Shown one piece after another: positions 1 through 12,135 of a stretch of 64,000 nucleotides of DNA. The stretch is from Malacoraja senta. Taxonomy: Eukaryota. The translations under genes and the position numbers were made by a program. Numbering within the stretch: position 1 is the stretch's first letter; every line of letters begins with the position of its first letter. The stretch spans positions 9,922,001-9,986,000 of the forward strand of contig CM075990.1 of assembly GCA_038087875.1 (NCBI GenBank). Direction: 5' to 3'. The notes below the pieces were generated by a model. That model saw only the letters and a list, made by a program, of their open reading frames with translations, did no database searches and was not told where the DNA came from.

Positions 1-380
1 TGTTGGAAGATCATCAGCTTGGTGAAAGAAGCTGTTTGGTCTGTCTGGAACGCTTTGACCTCCCAGCAGATCAAGATGTCCATCAGGGAATATTGCTGGC
101 TGGCCCATTCAAGACTACTTGCTGAAGCTTGGTGCAGCCAACGTGGAGGATCTAGGGTCCTCTCGCTGTGGGACATTGAGGGACAAAGTCCAGGAGGGAC
201 ACCCCCCCAAAAAAGGGAATGGATATCGCCCTAGGGGGCCAACCAAGGGTGCTTGTTGCGAACACGACTTATGAATGTATAGACGCTGAGAATGTCAGAG
301 AAGTTTTTGCACTGTTCTTGTCTTGCATATGTTTTGTATATTTTTTAAATTCTGAATAAAGTTTATTTTTTTGGAAAATA
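1..380 (+). mobile_element. 3' remnant of an L1/Tx1-type non-LTR retrotransposon
   Basis: CWKIISLVKEAVWSVWNAL...CWLAHSRL resembles the Tx1/L1 ORF2 C-terminus; followed by a 3' UTR with AATAAA at about 355. Confidence 0.6.
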
Positions 381-821
381 TTTTTTATATGAAATGTACA
401 AGGCCAGTATTTAATTTCCTTGTGAAGGTGGTGATGAACTGGCTTCATGAGCCATTCAAATCTGTGTAAATAAGATTGAAGCATGTTGGGGTAACAATCA
501 CTTGTTGGGCCAGGGTTGTTATATGTGAGCAGATGACTTTGGGTCTTGACTCACATATATGTCAAACTGGCAGATTTTCATCTCTAAAGAATATTAATAA
601 ACCAGATGAGTTTATTAATCCAGTGGGTTAGGAATTCAGGTTCTTTACATAAATTAATTTCATGTTACTAGATCATTAATCCAGGTCTCCAGATTACTAG
701 TCCAGTAATTTAACTACTTTGCTGTTGTACCCAATCATTCTGGAACCTTGTATGCAAACTGGTTGGAATGTTTGCCCAAATATCCGAAGTAATTAATTGA
801 CAATTGACGACAACAATGCTT

Positions 822-883
822 TTCAATATTCGAAAATGTCAGTATACAGTATATATAGTATACTGACATTTTCGAATATTGAA
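822..883. repeat. Perfect 26-bp inverted repeat with 10-nt loop
   Basis: 822-847 ttcaatattcgaaaatgtcagtatac is the exact reverse complement of 858-883. Confidence 0.95.
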
Positions 884-1183
884 TTCATTCTTTAACTTGT
901 ATCAATGCGTTTGGAGTATCAGAGGGTCCCATAATGTCCTGATCCAACCCCAGGTTTCTATTATAGCATAATTAACATTTCTAAAAAAAAATGTTCCTTT
1001 GCTATAATTGAACTACTATATCAGTTACATCAATCTAATTAATTTCATAAGATTTTCTTTGTGTTGGAAGTTCTCTGCCTAGAATTAACATCTTCAGTTG
1101 GAATATTATTTAATTAATATTTGCAGCTTAATTTAATAAAAGGCAGTGTATATACTCTGTTAGAGAGGTATTACAATACATAC

Positions 1184-1308
1184 CCATCAAAAAGTAGGTT
1201 ATGGATGAAAAAATAAGAATTGGAACAATACGATTGGGAATCAGGTCGACTAGAACCTTGGACAGAAAGTATGCTGAAGTCCGATAGTAGCCACTTGCAT
1301 TTTCATGT
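1184..1308 (-). CDS. ABCG2: ABCG2-like coding exon 11 (TM3); gene continues left of the window
   Basis: 125 nt, tatcag|...|gtatgt; HENASGYYRTSAYFLSKVLVDLIPNRIVPILIFSSITYFLM(G); the R482-equivalent is retained. Confidence 0.96.
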
Positions 1309-2134
1309 CTGATAAAAGAATTAGGATTGAAAACACCAACATTTCAGATTGCGAAAAAATAGCATGGAAATGTTTCAGTCAAAATAATTGTAAATCATTG
1401 TAAATCATAGATTTTCAAAGTAGAAGTGAATGGACGCACAAGGAAGCCCACTCGCCCAAAGTCCACTGTTAACTGTAACTCAACTATTTTACCATTGCAA
1501 TACTATGGATAAATTAATTCCCCAGTGATTTCATTATTTTCATTTAACCAGCTAACACAAGAGATGGCTAAAACCCCAACCCCCCCTTTCCACTTACTCA
1601 TACATGCCTTACCCACCTCCCTAAATATCTTCCATCCACCCCACAGGCAGAAGTCTTAATTTCTATTAAAATAAAATAGTGTTGTGTCACAAGGAAAGAC
1701 ATCATATCCATAGTTTCCTGCAACAAGTTCAATTACATCCGTTTTGAAAATAACAATCAGGAAAAAGTCACCACCTTGCAGAAATATCCCCCGACATCAG
1801 GAAAAACTAGAAATATCGGTTTGAAGAATCCTATTTTCCCATGGATTCTAATTTTTGCAAGAGATGATTTGATTCCTAACATGCTAATCTTAGTCCACAT
1901 GAGTGGTGTAGTTGTTATTTCCAGTGTCAGTTCTTATCGAGAATCTAATTTTTTTTGCCAGCAGGGCTATTGATTTTGGACATTGATTTTTAGTTCATGG
2001 GCATGACTGCCTCGTTATCATGTTACACCTGGGGAAAAGACAACTGCCCTGCCAAAGAAAGGAGGGAGACACTGAATCTAATCTTGCACCAATTCTAGCA
2101 GATTGATTGATGAATAATCTACTGTTTTCCATAC

Positions 2135-2224
2135 ATGAAGAGGACTTTTTCTTGAATGAAGATTTCCACAGCAGAAAGGTTGCCAAAAATCTGATTGATT
2201 ATTATGAAGAAGAATGCCCCAATT
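2135..2224 (-). CDS. ABCG2: ABCG2-like coding exon 10 (TM2)
   Basis: 90 nt, tttcag|...|gtatgg; IGAFFFIIINQIFGNLSAVEIFIQEKVLF(I). Confidence 0.96.
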
Positions 2225-2361
2225 CTGAAATCAAAAACATGCACAAAACAGGTTAACATCGGATACAAACTAGGAATAGCGACTCATTGTACAAGAGATC
2301 ACATCAATCAATCAATCAATCAGTATTAAAAGGCAATCTAACGTGGATTTCTGAATTATCG

Positions 2362-2660
2362 AACATAGAAAAGTACAGCACAGGAGCAGGCCCTTCAGCC
2401 CACAACGTCTGTGCCAAACATCATGCCAAGTTAAACTGATCTCATCTATCTGTACATGATCCATATTTCTCCATCCCCTGCATATCTATGTGCATATTTA
2501 AAAGACTCATAAATGCCACCATCATATCTGCCTCCACCATCACCCCTAGCTGCGGATTCAGGGCAATTACCGCCCTCTGTGTAAAAAAACTTCCATGCAT
2601 TTCTCCTTTAAAATTTGCCCCTGGCTTTTGACATTCCCATCCTGGGAGAAATATTTGTCT
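2362..2660 (-). mobile_element. CR1 LINE 3' fragment
   Basis: gaacatagaa...gcacaggagcaggcccttcagccc tail and body shared with other CR1 copies in the window. Confidence 0.7.
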
Positions 2661-3096
2661 GGGTTTGTATCACAGTGCAAGTTGGGTGCCTTCTTTGAGT
2701 GAGCCACTATTCGGGTCTAGTTCGAGCTCATACTGTGCCATTGGTGGGACACATATGGCCATGTCTCAATGCAAAGCTTTGAATTTGCAGTCACCACCCG
2801 TGTCTTCCCAGAAAAACTGAGAAGAAAGCAACCTGTTGCCTAAGGTCAAGGGAGAAGGTTATGAACACTCAGGACTATTCTTCTCCTGGTCTGTACTAGG
2901 GCTTACATGAATTAATTCATGAGTGGTTGGGGAAACTCTTATCTGCTCCACCATTACGTCTAAGTGTATGGAGACCTAATAAAAGTAAATAGGCAATAAA
3001 ATGTCAAAAAGAAAATATGGGATTATTGTAATTCATGGCGTTGAATAAATTGCACATGTTAATGTGCTTATTCAACTGTTTCGGTAGTTCTCCTAC

Positions 3097-3248
3097 CTGT
3101 TCTGTAAAGCTTCTGGCATTGTGTGTGGTATGTTATAATATATAAGTCCATTTAATATGCCAAAAAATAGCATTATAAACACTTGAACCAATGAGACCTG
3201 CGGGTTCCTCCAGAGGTTCTTCAAAGTGCAGCCACTCAAAATATACAG
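3097..3248 (-). CDS. ABCG2: ABCG2-like coding exon 9 (elbow helix and TM1)
   Basis: 152 nt, tttcag|...|gtagga; LYILSGCTLKNLWRNPQVSLVQVFIMLFFGILNGLIYYNIPHTMPEALQN(R). Confidence 0.93.
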
Positions 3249-3409
3249 CTGAAAGTACAAATGAACAATGAAGACTTATGAGTACTTCAGATAAACTTGA
3301 CAAGCAAGCAACTTGCTAATTATGCTAATCTCCTTGGTTTAGTACTCTGCTGTCTCATAGATGGACCTCTTTTCTTCTACATATCTGGAGTATGCGCTCT
3401 ATATTTCCC

Positions 3410-4665
3410 AATGTCAGGTTCAAGTTCATGTCTGCGTTTATTGTCAATTAACCAATTAAGGTACAGTGAAATTCGAGCCACCATACAGCCATACTAAGTG
3501 AAAAGCAACAATGCACACAGCCGCATAAAATACAATTTAACATAAACATCCACCACAGTGGAATCAACATTCCTCACTGTGATGGAAGGCAATAAAGTTC
3601 AGTCATCTTCCTCCTTTGTTCAGGGCTTTACAACCCTCCGCAGTTCGCCGCTGCCGATGGTCCAATGTCCAAGACTCGCATTGGGATGATCAAAACTCCG
3701 GCGTCGGGATGGATCGGAACACTCCACAGGCTTGGAGCTCCCGAGGTGGCCTTTTTCTTGCGTATGACGTGCACAGCCTAAAGTTGTAGGACAACTTGTT
3801 CTATTTAATCTTACTTGATTGTGCACGCCGGGTTGATTGCATTCATCGAAACAGGGCGGACCACGTGAAGGTTGCAATCTCCCATCCCCCGAGTCGGCCT
3901 CTTCTTACCGGAGACCGCGGCTTCACAGTTTTAAAGTCCACATGGCCCGCGATCATGTTCCTCGGCAAAGGATCGCCCGCTCTGAGATGGTAAGTCTGCG
4001 CCGCTCCCGTGGCTTGAAGCTCAGGGCCGGTCTCCAGGAAAGGCCGCACCACTCCACGTTGTTATGCCCCTGTCCCACTTAGGAAACCTGAACGGAAACC
4101 TCTGTAGACTTTGCGCCCCACCCAAGGTTTCCATGCGGTAAGACCTCCCTGGTGGAATAAAACTGGGTGAAAAAAAGGTCTTACCTTCCACTACCTGCAA
4201 CCTCCGGCAACCACCTTCAACTAGCATCGCAACCGGCTTCGACTAAAAAATTACCGATTTTTAAAACGGCAACCTATTTTTAGTCGCGGCCGGTTTTGAA
4301 TTTTTTGAAATAATCGCCGGAACATAGAAGAAGCGGAAACCACTTTCGACCATTAGGGAGACTGACAAAAACCTCCGGGAACCGCATGGAAACCTTGGGT
4401 TGGGGTGCAAATTCTCCAGAGGTTTCTGTTCAGGTTTCCTAAGTGGGACAGGGGCGTTAGGCTGCAGCGGGGACGCAGGTGCGACACAGAGAAAAATCGC
4501 ATCTCCGTCGAGGGAAGTGGCTGAAATAAGTTTCCTCCGATCCCCATCCCCCACATAAAATATACAAAGAAACATTAAAAACATACATACTTAAAACAAT
4601 AAAAACAGAGATAGGATGAGACAGACTGTTGGCGAGGTGACCGTTACGGGTGCCACCCGTTGGTG
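3410..4665 (-). mobile_element. Non-autonomous retroposon (same family as 6211-6950), interrupted by a Harbinger MITE
   Basis: Shares aacataaacatccaccacagtg...cattcctcactgtgatggaagg and the terminal cagactgttggc... segment with 6211-6950. Confidence 0.6.
4065..4456. mobile_element. PIF/Harbinger-type MITE
   Basis: TIRs gcccctgtcccacttaggaaacctgaac / gttcaggtttcctaagtgggacaggggc; TTA duplication at 4062-4064 and 4457-4459. Confidence 0.88.
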
Positions 4666-5019
4666 AATATAACTCAGTTATATAGTGAGCAACCAAAACA
4701 AAGTGGGGCATCATCAAGTGATCAATGCCTGACAATCGGCTTAGCATCATTGTAGAGTTGTGCCTACACAGTGCTGTGATCCTGAGCACTGAACAAATAG
4801 CCATGGATATTCTGGGAAAAGACATCCTGATAATTACGGATCTAGTGGTCGAAGTGTTAAAGTGATTATAGAACGATGACAGTAGGAATTTGAAGAAATT
4901 GAACACATAAGTACATTTATGAAAAATAAGTTCGCTCCTTTTTTGTTTTCCTACATTTGGAGTACATTTATGGTCTTGGGTGATAGGAAAGGAGGGGATA
5001 AACATGATAAGTTGATAAG

Positions 5020-5647
5020 TGTAAGCACATGAGAAGAGAAGGGACTAGAGGGGGGGGGGGGGGGGGGCGGTGGTGAAGAACCACCAGTATCCCAGAGAAT
5101 CCAATCTCTGTGGAAGGATGAGAGGAGAGGGAAGGATGCATTTGGAGTTTTCATGTCTTTGGAAATGCCAGAGAAGCAACCTGAATATGGAGGCCATTGA
5201 GATGGAAGTTGAGGATAAGTGAACGTGTAGTTTTTGGATGGAGGTGAGGGATGCAAATACACGAACAGGAAATATAATGGACATAAATGAGTATCGTGTT
5301 ACCGATGCTGAAGGGGAATCCTCAGCTGTGGAATGAGGAAGATGTATTTGTGTGGATATTGGGATCACTGGAACAGTAATGCAGGATAAAAGGTGAGGGG
5401 AAAGTGCCAAGAAAGTTGTTGGAATCCATGGGTTTATGGCAGTTAATGGATGCTAGGTTGCCATCAGAAACGGAGGTAGCAAAATTGGAGAAACAGGAGA
5501 AAAGACAGAGATGGACAATGAAATGGTAAGGTAACAGATAGATGTTTGCAGTTAATTTGATGACAATTATAGTTCGGGGTTAGAGCAAAATGTTTTGTGA
5601 GAGAATCAGATGCACTGTAATAGGAACGGTATGTGAGGGAAGGTGAG
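5020..5647 (-). mobile_element. Degraded Penelope-like RT fragment
   Basis: Minus-strand remnants such as HKPMDSNNFL and FPLLSSFHRD resemble the PLE RT C-terminal region; many stops and frameshifts. Confidence 0.5.
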
Positions 5648-5649
5648 TA

Positions 5650-6179
5650 CCGTATTTCCCGGCAATGAAGATTCTATTTTTTACCCTAAAATAAGGCCCG
5701 AAAATTTACCTGCGTCTTGGAGGCCGAAGGTTAGATTGTTAGCCTAGAAAGATAGACTTGGCTATCCCTCAGTACAGCGGCTGTAAAAGGACAGCACCGC
5801 TGGGGGGGAGAGTTCAGTCCATAGCGTGTCGGGAGTCTGGCCCAGGTCAGCACGGCTGGGCCGCAAGGGGTAAAGTTGTGAGGAGAGCAGGAGCGTTGAG
5901 AAGGAGGGGGTCGGGGATCATGCCAGCAAAGCTCGGGTGGCTGCGAGTGGCCGCAGGGACCAGATAGCGGAACTGCAGCTAGACCCGGGGCTTGCAAGCG
6001 ACCTGGGAACTACAGCAAGTCCCGGGGCTCGCAGGCGACTTGGGAACTGCAGCTAGTCCCAGGGCTCGCAGGCGACCTGGGCGCTACAGCCAGTCCCGGC
6101 TGCCTTTTTTCAAAATTTAGCAATTCAAAATGGGGGTGCGTCTTCCATGCCGGTGCGTCTTCATTGCCTGGAAATACGG
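5650..6179. mobile_element. Tc1/mariner-superfamily MITE with internal ~37-bp minisatellite
   Basis: TIRs ccgtatttcccggcaatgaaga / tcttcattgcctggaaatacgg flanked by TA on both sides; about 3.5 tandem copies of gggaactgcagctagtcccggggctcgcaggcgacct at 5968-6100. Confidence 0.85.
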
Positions 6180-6210
6180 TATTTTGAAACATATTCTCCA
6201 ACATTGCAAA

Positions 6211-6950
6211 AACAATCACAATCACAATATTACTTTATTAGCCAAGTATGTTTTGCAACATATGAGGAATTTCATTTGCCAAGTCAGTCATACAAATAAA
6301 AAGCAACAGAACACACAAAACACATTTTAACATAAACATCCACCACAGTGACTCCTCCACATTCCTCACTGTGATGGAAGGTGAACATTTTTTTTCAATC
6401 TCTTCCCTTGATTGCTCTCCCGCGGCCAGGGAAACTCGAGCCCTCCATTGACAGAACGATCTTGACTCCCGTAGCCGGCAGTCAGGCTCTCCGCATCGGG
6501 GCGATCAGCTCCTGCATCGGGGGGGATGTCAGCTCCTTCGCGCCTGCGATCGAACCCCGCGTCGGGGCTGGTCGAGCCTCTGCGTTCGTTGGAACTCCCG
6601 ACTAGCCTCTCCCGAGACTGTGAGCTCTCGATGTAAAGTCCTAGGCAAGGGATCGACTCCGATGTTAAGACCACGCCCCGCGGGGGCATCCAGGTCAGTC
6701 CGAGGAGGCCTCCAGCTCCATCGATGGTAGGCCGCAGAGCGACCTGAGACACGATCTGGAAAGTAATCGCATCTCCGGCAAGGTAAGAAACTGAAAAAAA
6801 GTTTCCCCCGACCCCCTCCCCTTCCCCCACATAAAACAAACTGGAGAACATTTACAAACACTTTTAAAACGCGCTAAAAGTTAAAAAAAAAGAAAAAAAA
6901 CAGACAGACTGTTGGCAGGGCTGCCAATCGTTCGGCGCCCCTGGTGGTGC
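6211..6950 (-). mobile_element. Non-autonomous retroposon with Rex/Babar-like 3' tail
   Basis: Minus-strand end aaattcctcatatgttgcaaaacatacttggctaataaa followed by a (gtgatt)n tail; second copy at 3410-4665. Confidence 0.55.
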
Positions 6951-7140
6951 ATTACAAAACTTACAAGAGTTCCCATTACAACACCTTATGGTGGAAGTGA
7001 ATGGTGTAAGAATAGGAGGATGTGGACAGAGTCGGCCTCTATTCAAGGATGAAGTGGAGAGCCATAACATCATCAAGGAAGAGGATAGAATGGAAGAAAG
7101 ATTTCTAAGTCGTTCTGCACTTTTAATAGTTAGAACTATA

Positions 7141-7432
7141 GTCGTGGCACAGTGGCGCAGCGGTTGAGTTGCTGCCTTACAGCGCCAGAGATCCAGGTTT
7201 GATCCTGGCTACGGGTGCGGTCGGTACGGAGTTTGTACGTTCTCCCCGTGACCTGCGTGGGTTTTCTCCGAGATCTCTGGTTTCCTCCCACACTCCAAAG
7301 ATGTACAGGTTTGTAGGTTAATTGGCTTGGTATAATTGTAAATTGTCCCTAGTGTGCCAGTGTATGGGATTGCTGGTCAGTGCGGACTCAGTGGGCCGAA
7401 GGGCCCGTTTCCGTGTTGTATCTCTAAATTTA
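7141..7432 (+). mobile_element. HE1-type V-SINE (tRNA-derived head, V-domain, CR1-like tail)
   Basis: A/B-box-like head, central gtacgttctccccgtgacctgcgtgggttttctcc...tttcctcccaca, tail gggccgaagggccc...tgtatctctaaa. Confidence 0.85.
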
Positions 7433-7730
7433 ACTTCCTAAGCACTCTGCACACTCTTTGAAGTTGAATATTTTAGAATGGCAGTTAATGATGGAAGAGT
7501 AATTTGTAATGATAGTAATTTCAAATTGCTATCTTATTGGGAAATAAAGAATATTAAGCACAATTTTGGAGATTAGCAGCATAAAGGATAAATCTAGAAT
7601 CACATAAATATTAAAACAAAATATTCAGCCTAAGCAAGGCAGACCAGATGCATTGCAATCTACTTATAACTCTCCCTGCTGCATTTATTATTACATTCAA
7701 TGCACAAAAATACAAGATGTTTGCATATAC

Positions 7731-7915
7731 CTGATACCAAAAAGGAGTTGGATATGAGTACTTTACGCTGACTGAATCTCTTGAGTTATCTGGTACAGAT
7801 AAATTCTGAATTTCCTCGTTGATTTGATGATACAAAGCAGATTGTCGGAACTGATGGGCTAAGAGATTCTTATTCTCACTGGGATCCAGAATGATGTGGG
7901 AAGTGATTGCTTCTT
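7731..7915 (-). CDS. ABCG2: ABCG2-like coding exon 8 (linker)
   Basis: 185 nt, ttaaag|...|gtatat; EEAITSHIILDPSENKNLLAHQFRQSALYHQINEEIQNL...YSYPTPFWYQ; a tandem AAG acceptor could shift the start by 3 nt. Confidence 0.88.
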
Positions 7916-9339
7916 CTTTAAAGAAGAAAGATACAGTATTCAATATTCAAATACCACATTGACTCATCTATAGTGAATTATTTATATCAACATTTTTTTC
8001 TGTCCAAATTGTTCATGTTAAATCCAAAAATAAATCCAGGCCATTTCTGATGAAAAGTCAACATTTGAAACAGTTTAGATCAAATTGATACAAGAATCTT
8101 CATCTGAATAGGCATGATGACTATTTTAACTATAGTTAGTTGGAAAATACATTAATAGCTCTGACAGGAAAAAATAAATGAAACATTTAGAAAAAAACAT
8201 ATATTCCTTTAAACCAGTAGGACCCAACAGGGGAAGTGAATATTGAGAGGTTAGTTAGTATTAGATCAAAGGAAAAATGTACAATGTTAACCATAAAAAC
8301 ATTGACCAAAATTGGGAAGAAATTCAGTGTTTTACAAATGAAAACAAATACATGAAGGAAAGAGAGTGTAGGATATGACAGTAGTTTGACAAGAAACATC
8401 AAGACAAATTGATTTGCTTCTCTAATTATGTTTCTCCTTGCTTCCCCTGGAGCAGTTCTGGAAAGGTCCCATGCCATTCATTTGTGGTCCAGGCAGATCT
8501 AATGGATAACTAAAGCAAGTGTGTATGCAATACTCTTCAATCTGCCTCTTGGTCAAGAGTGGGAGGCTTATCAGGGGGAAACACTGTGGTGTCATTGAGG
8601 AAAGTCTATGTTAGTACAGTAAAACTCTGGCATGCTCAGAATTTGGGTGGTGGCAGACAAGCAGATTTTCCAGACTACCGGACATTGGTTCATGTCCTCT
8701 CCAGAGATGCTGCCTGACCCGCTGAGTTACTCCAGCATTTTGTGTCTACCTTCGATTTAAACCAGCATCTGCAGTTCTTTCCTACAGATTGGTTTATTAA
8801 TGCTCCTTCATACTTTTAATTAATGTCCTTATTGAATGATACACAGTAGAATAACATATTTTCCAGTGAACTTGGTAAATTTCAAGGGAGCACAGGAAAC
8901 AGAACCAGGAGCTATCCAGGGGAGCACAGCAGCCTGGGCCCCAGTGAGAGAAGTAGACCATGGGAATGGGGTCGCCAGTAAGTGGAAGGGAGTGAAGCAA
9001 CCAGGGCCCCTGTGAGGCAGATACCAAGCCACAGGTCAGACCAAGGCAAGAGTTGAAAAGACAAAAGGCTGTGAGAGAAGGAAATAAGAGAAAAGGCATG
9101 AGACGTGAAGCCAGAGGAAGTGATATAGATGGAAGGGGATGGGGAGAAGGATCTGCAGTTCCTATGTCTAGATTTTACTGAGTAACTCAGTTACACTTTT
9201 CTATTGCTCGTGAGTCCAGAATACAACCTTCACCTCTAATCAGGATTCATTTCTCTCCTGGCACCCACATTATATCATTAGATTGACTCTGTGTTGTGTG
9301 CATGAAATTTAATCAGCAAATCTTGGTTGTCAGAAATAC

Positions 9340-9432
9340 CTGGACTGGAGTTTTCATGACTGGATAACACGACTCCATTAATGATATCCAAGAAGAATTG
9401 TGCATGGTCATTATAAGGGTCACATTCATAAC
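9340..9432 (-). CDS. ABCG2: ABCG2-like coding exon 7
   Basis: 93 nt, ttatag|...|gtattt, phase 1-1; YECDPYNDHAQFFLDIINGVVLSSHENSSP aligns with human YHCEAYNNPADFFLDIING. Confidence 0.92.
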
Positions 9433-9928
9433 CTATAAATAAACAATTTGCAGATGTTATTGGCAGCAGCACTATGAATATTTGTATGAAGCCAGAGGGA
9501 CATTCCCCCATTGCACAGGTGCCCATATCTTGGCTAAAGTACAATGGTGGGGCAGTGGTTAATCTGCACTGACTAATAATCCAAAGGTCAGAAACAGGAG
9601 CTCAATCTCAGCGTTATGGCATGTAATTAATTAAATAATCAAGTTGTTTTTTAAAACATAGTCTTCATAATAGTGACCACAGATCTTGATAAGGAAAGGA
9701 TGTTGAGCAATGGGATGATCTGAGCAGAAGGTCTGGAAATGACTGGTAGTGATCAGTTCATCATTTAAAAGGGGATAATGGAAGAAATGGGAGAACATTG
9801 TTGGATCAGTGTGGGAGGGAAGCTCTGGAAGGATAATTGGCCCTGAAGTATTCAAGTAAAAGGAATAGTACAGTCAGGTATGCTTTAATATATTAAATAA
9901 AGCCCACCATTAAGTGTCTCTTTCTTAC

Positions 9929-10080
9929 CAAGATCTTTAAAGTAGTTGGTGATTTCTCCACCTGGGCCTTGATATACGATTTCTCCTTTGCTCATTAATG
10001 TTATATAATCAAACATTTTGCAGATGGAATAGCAAGGCTGGTGGATTGAAAATACAATGGTCCTCCCATTTCTGGACAAC
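9929..10080 (-). CDS. ABCG2: ABCG2-like coding exon 6 (H-switch)
   Basis: 152 nt, ttttag|...|gtaaga; LSRNGRTIVFSIHQPCYSICKMFDYITLMSKGEIVYQGPGGEITNYFKDL(G). Confidence 0.97.
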
Positions 10081-11624
10081 CTAAAATCACAAAACCAAGT
10101 CTGAGATAAGAACAGGAAATGCTGGAAGTACTCAATAGCTCAGGCAGCATCTGCAGAAAGAGAGAAAAACAGAGTTAGTGTTTCAAGTCAAAAAATGTTC
10201 AACATTGAATGGACATGGACGCATTCTTCAAATGATATGATAAGGGCATAAAGAGATTAAGGATAGGTCCCATCATTGATACGTACATGAAATAACAGCT
10301 GAATTAAATATAATTCAAGTTATCTTGAGATTCTGAACATAGTTTGTTCCAGCAGATATCCATAACTGGAGAGAAAACAGTGCTATTGTGTAATATATTT
10401 CAAATGTATTCACAGTAAGTGTCTGTACTTCTGTTGATGCATGTCCCATTGTTAAAATATCCATTCCTTATCAAGACCTTACAGTTATTGATAGTTTTGG
10501 GAATGCTATATAGGTTTCCCTTCGGAAATGAATGTCATAAAATTCAAAATTCAGCTGATGAACTAGCAAAGTTGAAGGATTGAGAAGATAATGCTTCTCC
10601 CATTTCAGGTTTAATGGACACAAAAGCAGACCCTTGCCCAGTAAAGGCCTAGGGTATTATAAAAGAGAAATGTGGGTTCCACAACATCCAACCTTATGTA
10701 AGGTGAATGTCTCTGTCAGGTCTATACAATCCATCCAACAGCAATTACTTCAAAATAAAATAGGGCCTTCCTTTGGGATTTCTCTTTGTAGTCATTCAGC
10801 CAAATGTTAAGGGATAGATTTAATGCAATGGTCCTTTCAAGGAGTAACTGTTGGCACATTTAACATGGTAATAGCAGCACTCCAGATTCAATCCAGTTTA
10901 AATCCAGATTTAATCCACTCTCCTGTTTGACTCTTGATTGGCCACGACTAACAAAATGTGAAGCGAAAAAAAATTGTTCAAGTTTAAAAAAAATTTACTT
11001 CTGAGAAATCCATGAAAATAAGAAGCATTGATAGCATGAATCCATTGGTCTTGCGAGCCAAGGAAGGAAGCAATTGATTATGTAACTTTTACATATTATA
11101 TGCTTGTGGCTCAGATCATTGTACTCTCATTATGAATCCAAAGTGTGTATCCTACTCCAGCAGCTTACATAGAAAGCGAGGCTGCTACTTCTGCTCAATG
11201 CTGAGGGAATTGAATTTCTAGTTAATAAATTGGGAGTCAAATCTAATCATACTATTGGTGACCATGAAATTACTGCATTGCCACAAAAACTGATCTGCTT
11301 TCTAATATCATAGTGTCATACATCACAGACACAGAGCCTCTGCCCATCAAATCTGTGATGACCATCAACCTCCCATTCACTCTACCCCCAGTTTATTCAT
11401 CCCGTTAACTCCTCCCAGATGCTACACTCAGCGGCATACTGGGGGCAATTAACTTACCAACCCTCACATCTCTTTGTGGTGTGAAGAAATCTGAGAACCT
11501 GGGGAAAACTCTTCAAGAAAGGAAATATGCTTCCATTATCTAATTTAGGAAGCTGGAGAGTGCAAGTTTCTTTTTTCTTCTTTCTGCCTCAGAGAGGACT
11601 TGTGGAAGCCACATGGAGACTCAC

Positions 11625-11782
11625 TTGTGAAGTGTACGTATGACAGAAGTGGCCATGTGTGTATCCAGTCCTGTCGTCGGCTCGTCTAAGAAGATCAGAG
11701 ATGGTGAGGTGATCAGTTCCATTCCAATGCTGCAGCGTTTTCGCTCTCCGCCAGAAATGCCTCGCTTGAGGTCCGTGCCGAT
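11625..11782 (-). CDS. ABCG2: ABCG2-like coding exon 5 (ABC signature, Walker B, D-loop)
   Basis: 158 nt, tgtcag|...|gtgagt; [52 protein letters not shown](K). Confidence 0.97.
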
Positions 11783-11914
11783 CTGACATGACAAAATATT
11801 GTTAGTTCCAAATAAAGAAAGTTATGGAAGACACATGCCTTATGATAATGTCCTCTGTCCTGGCACCCTTGAGTTGTGATACCTACAAACCACCAGCAAC
11901 CAAAACCTTCAACA

Positions 11915-12135
11915 GGTATAGACACAAAGTGCTGGAGTAACTCAACGGGTTAGGAGGCATCTCTGGAGAAAATGGATGGGTGACATTTCAGGTCGGGACC
12001 CTTCTTCAGACTGAGTCAGAAGAAAGGTCCAAACCTGAAATGTCACCCATCCTTTTTTCTCCCAGAGATGCTGCCTGACCCATTGAGTTACTCCAACACT
12101 TTATGTCTATAAACCAGCATCTGCAGTTCCATTCT
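11915..12135. mobile_element. Palindromic Penelope-derived terminal-repeat element
   Basis: Two inverted copies of the agacacaaaatgctggagtaactcagc...cttcttcagact repeat. Confidence 0.7.

Noticed and set aside
4457..5005. 182-aa minus-strand ORF in an ABCG2-like intron
   Set aside because: Partly repeat-derived, no domain, and not needed for the phase-consistent gene model
7141..7215. tRNA-like sequence (also at 46620 and 58843)
   Set aside because: tRNA-derived SINE heads continuing into the V-domain, not tRNA genes
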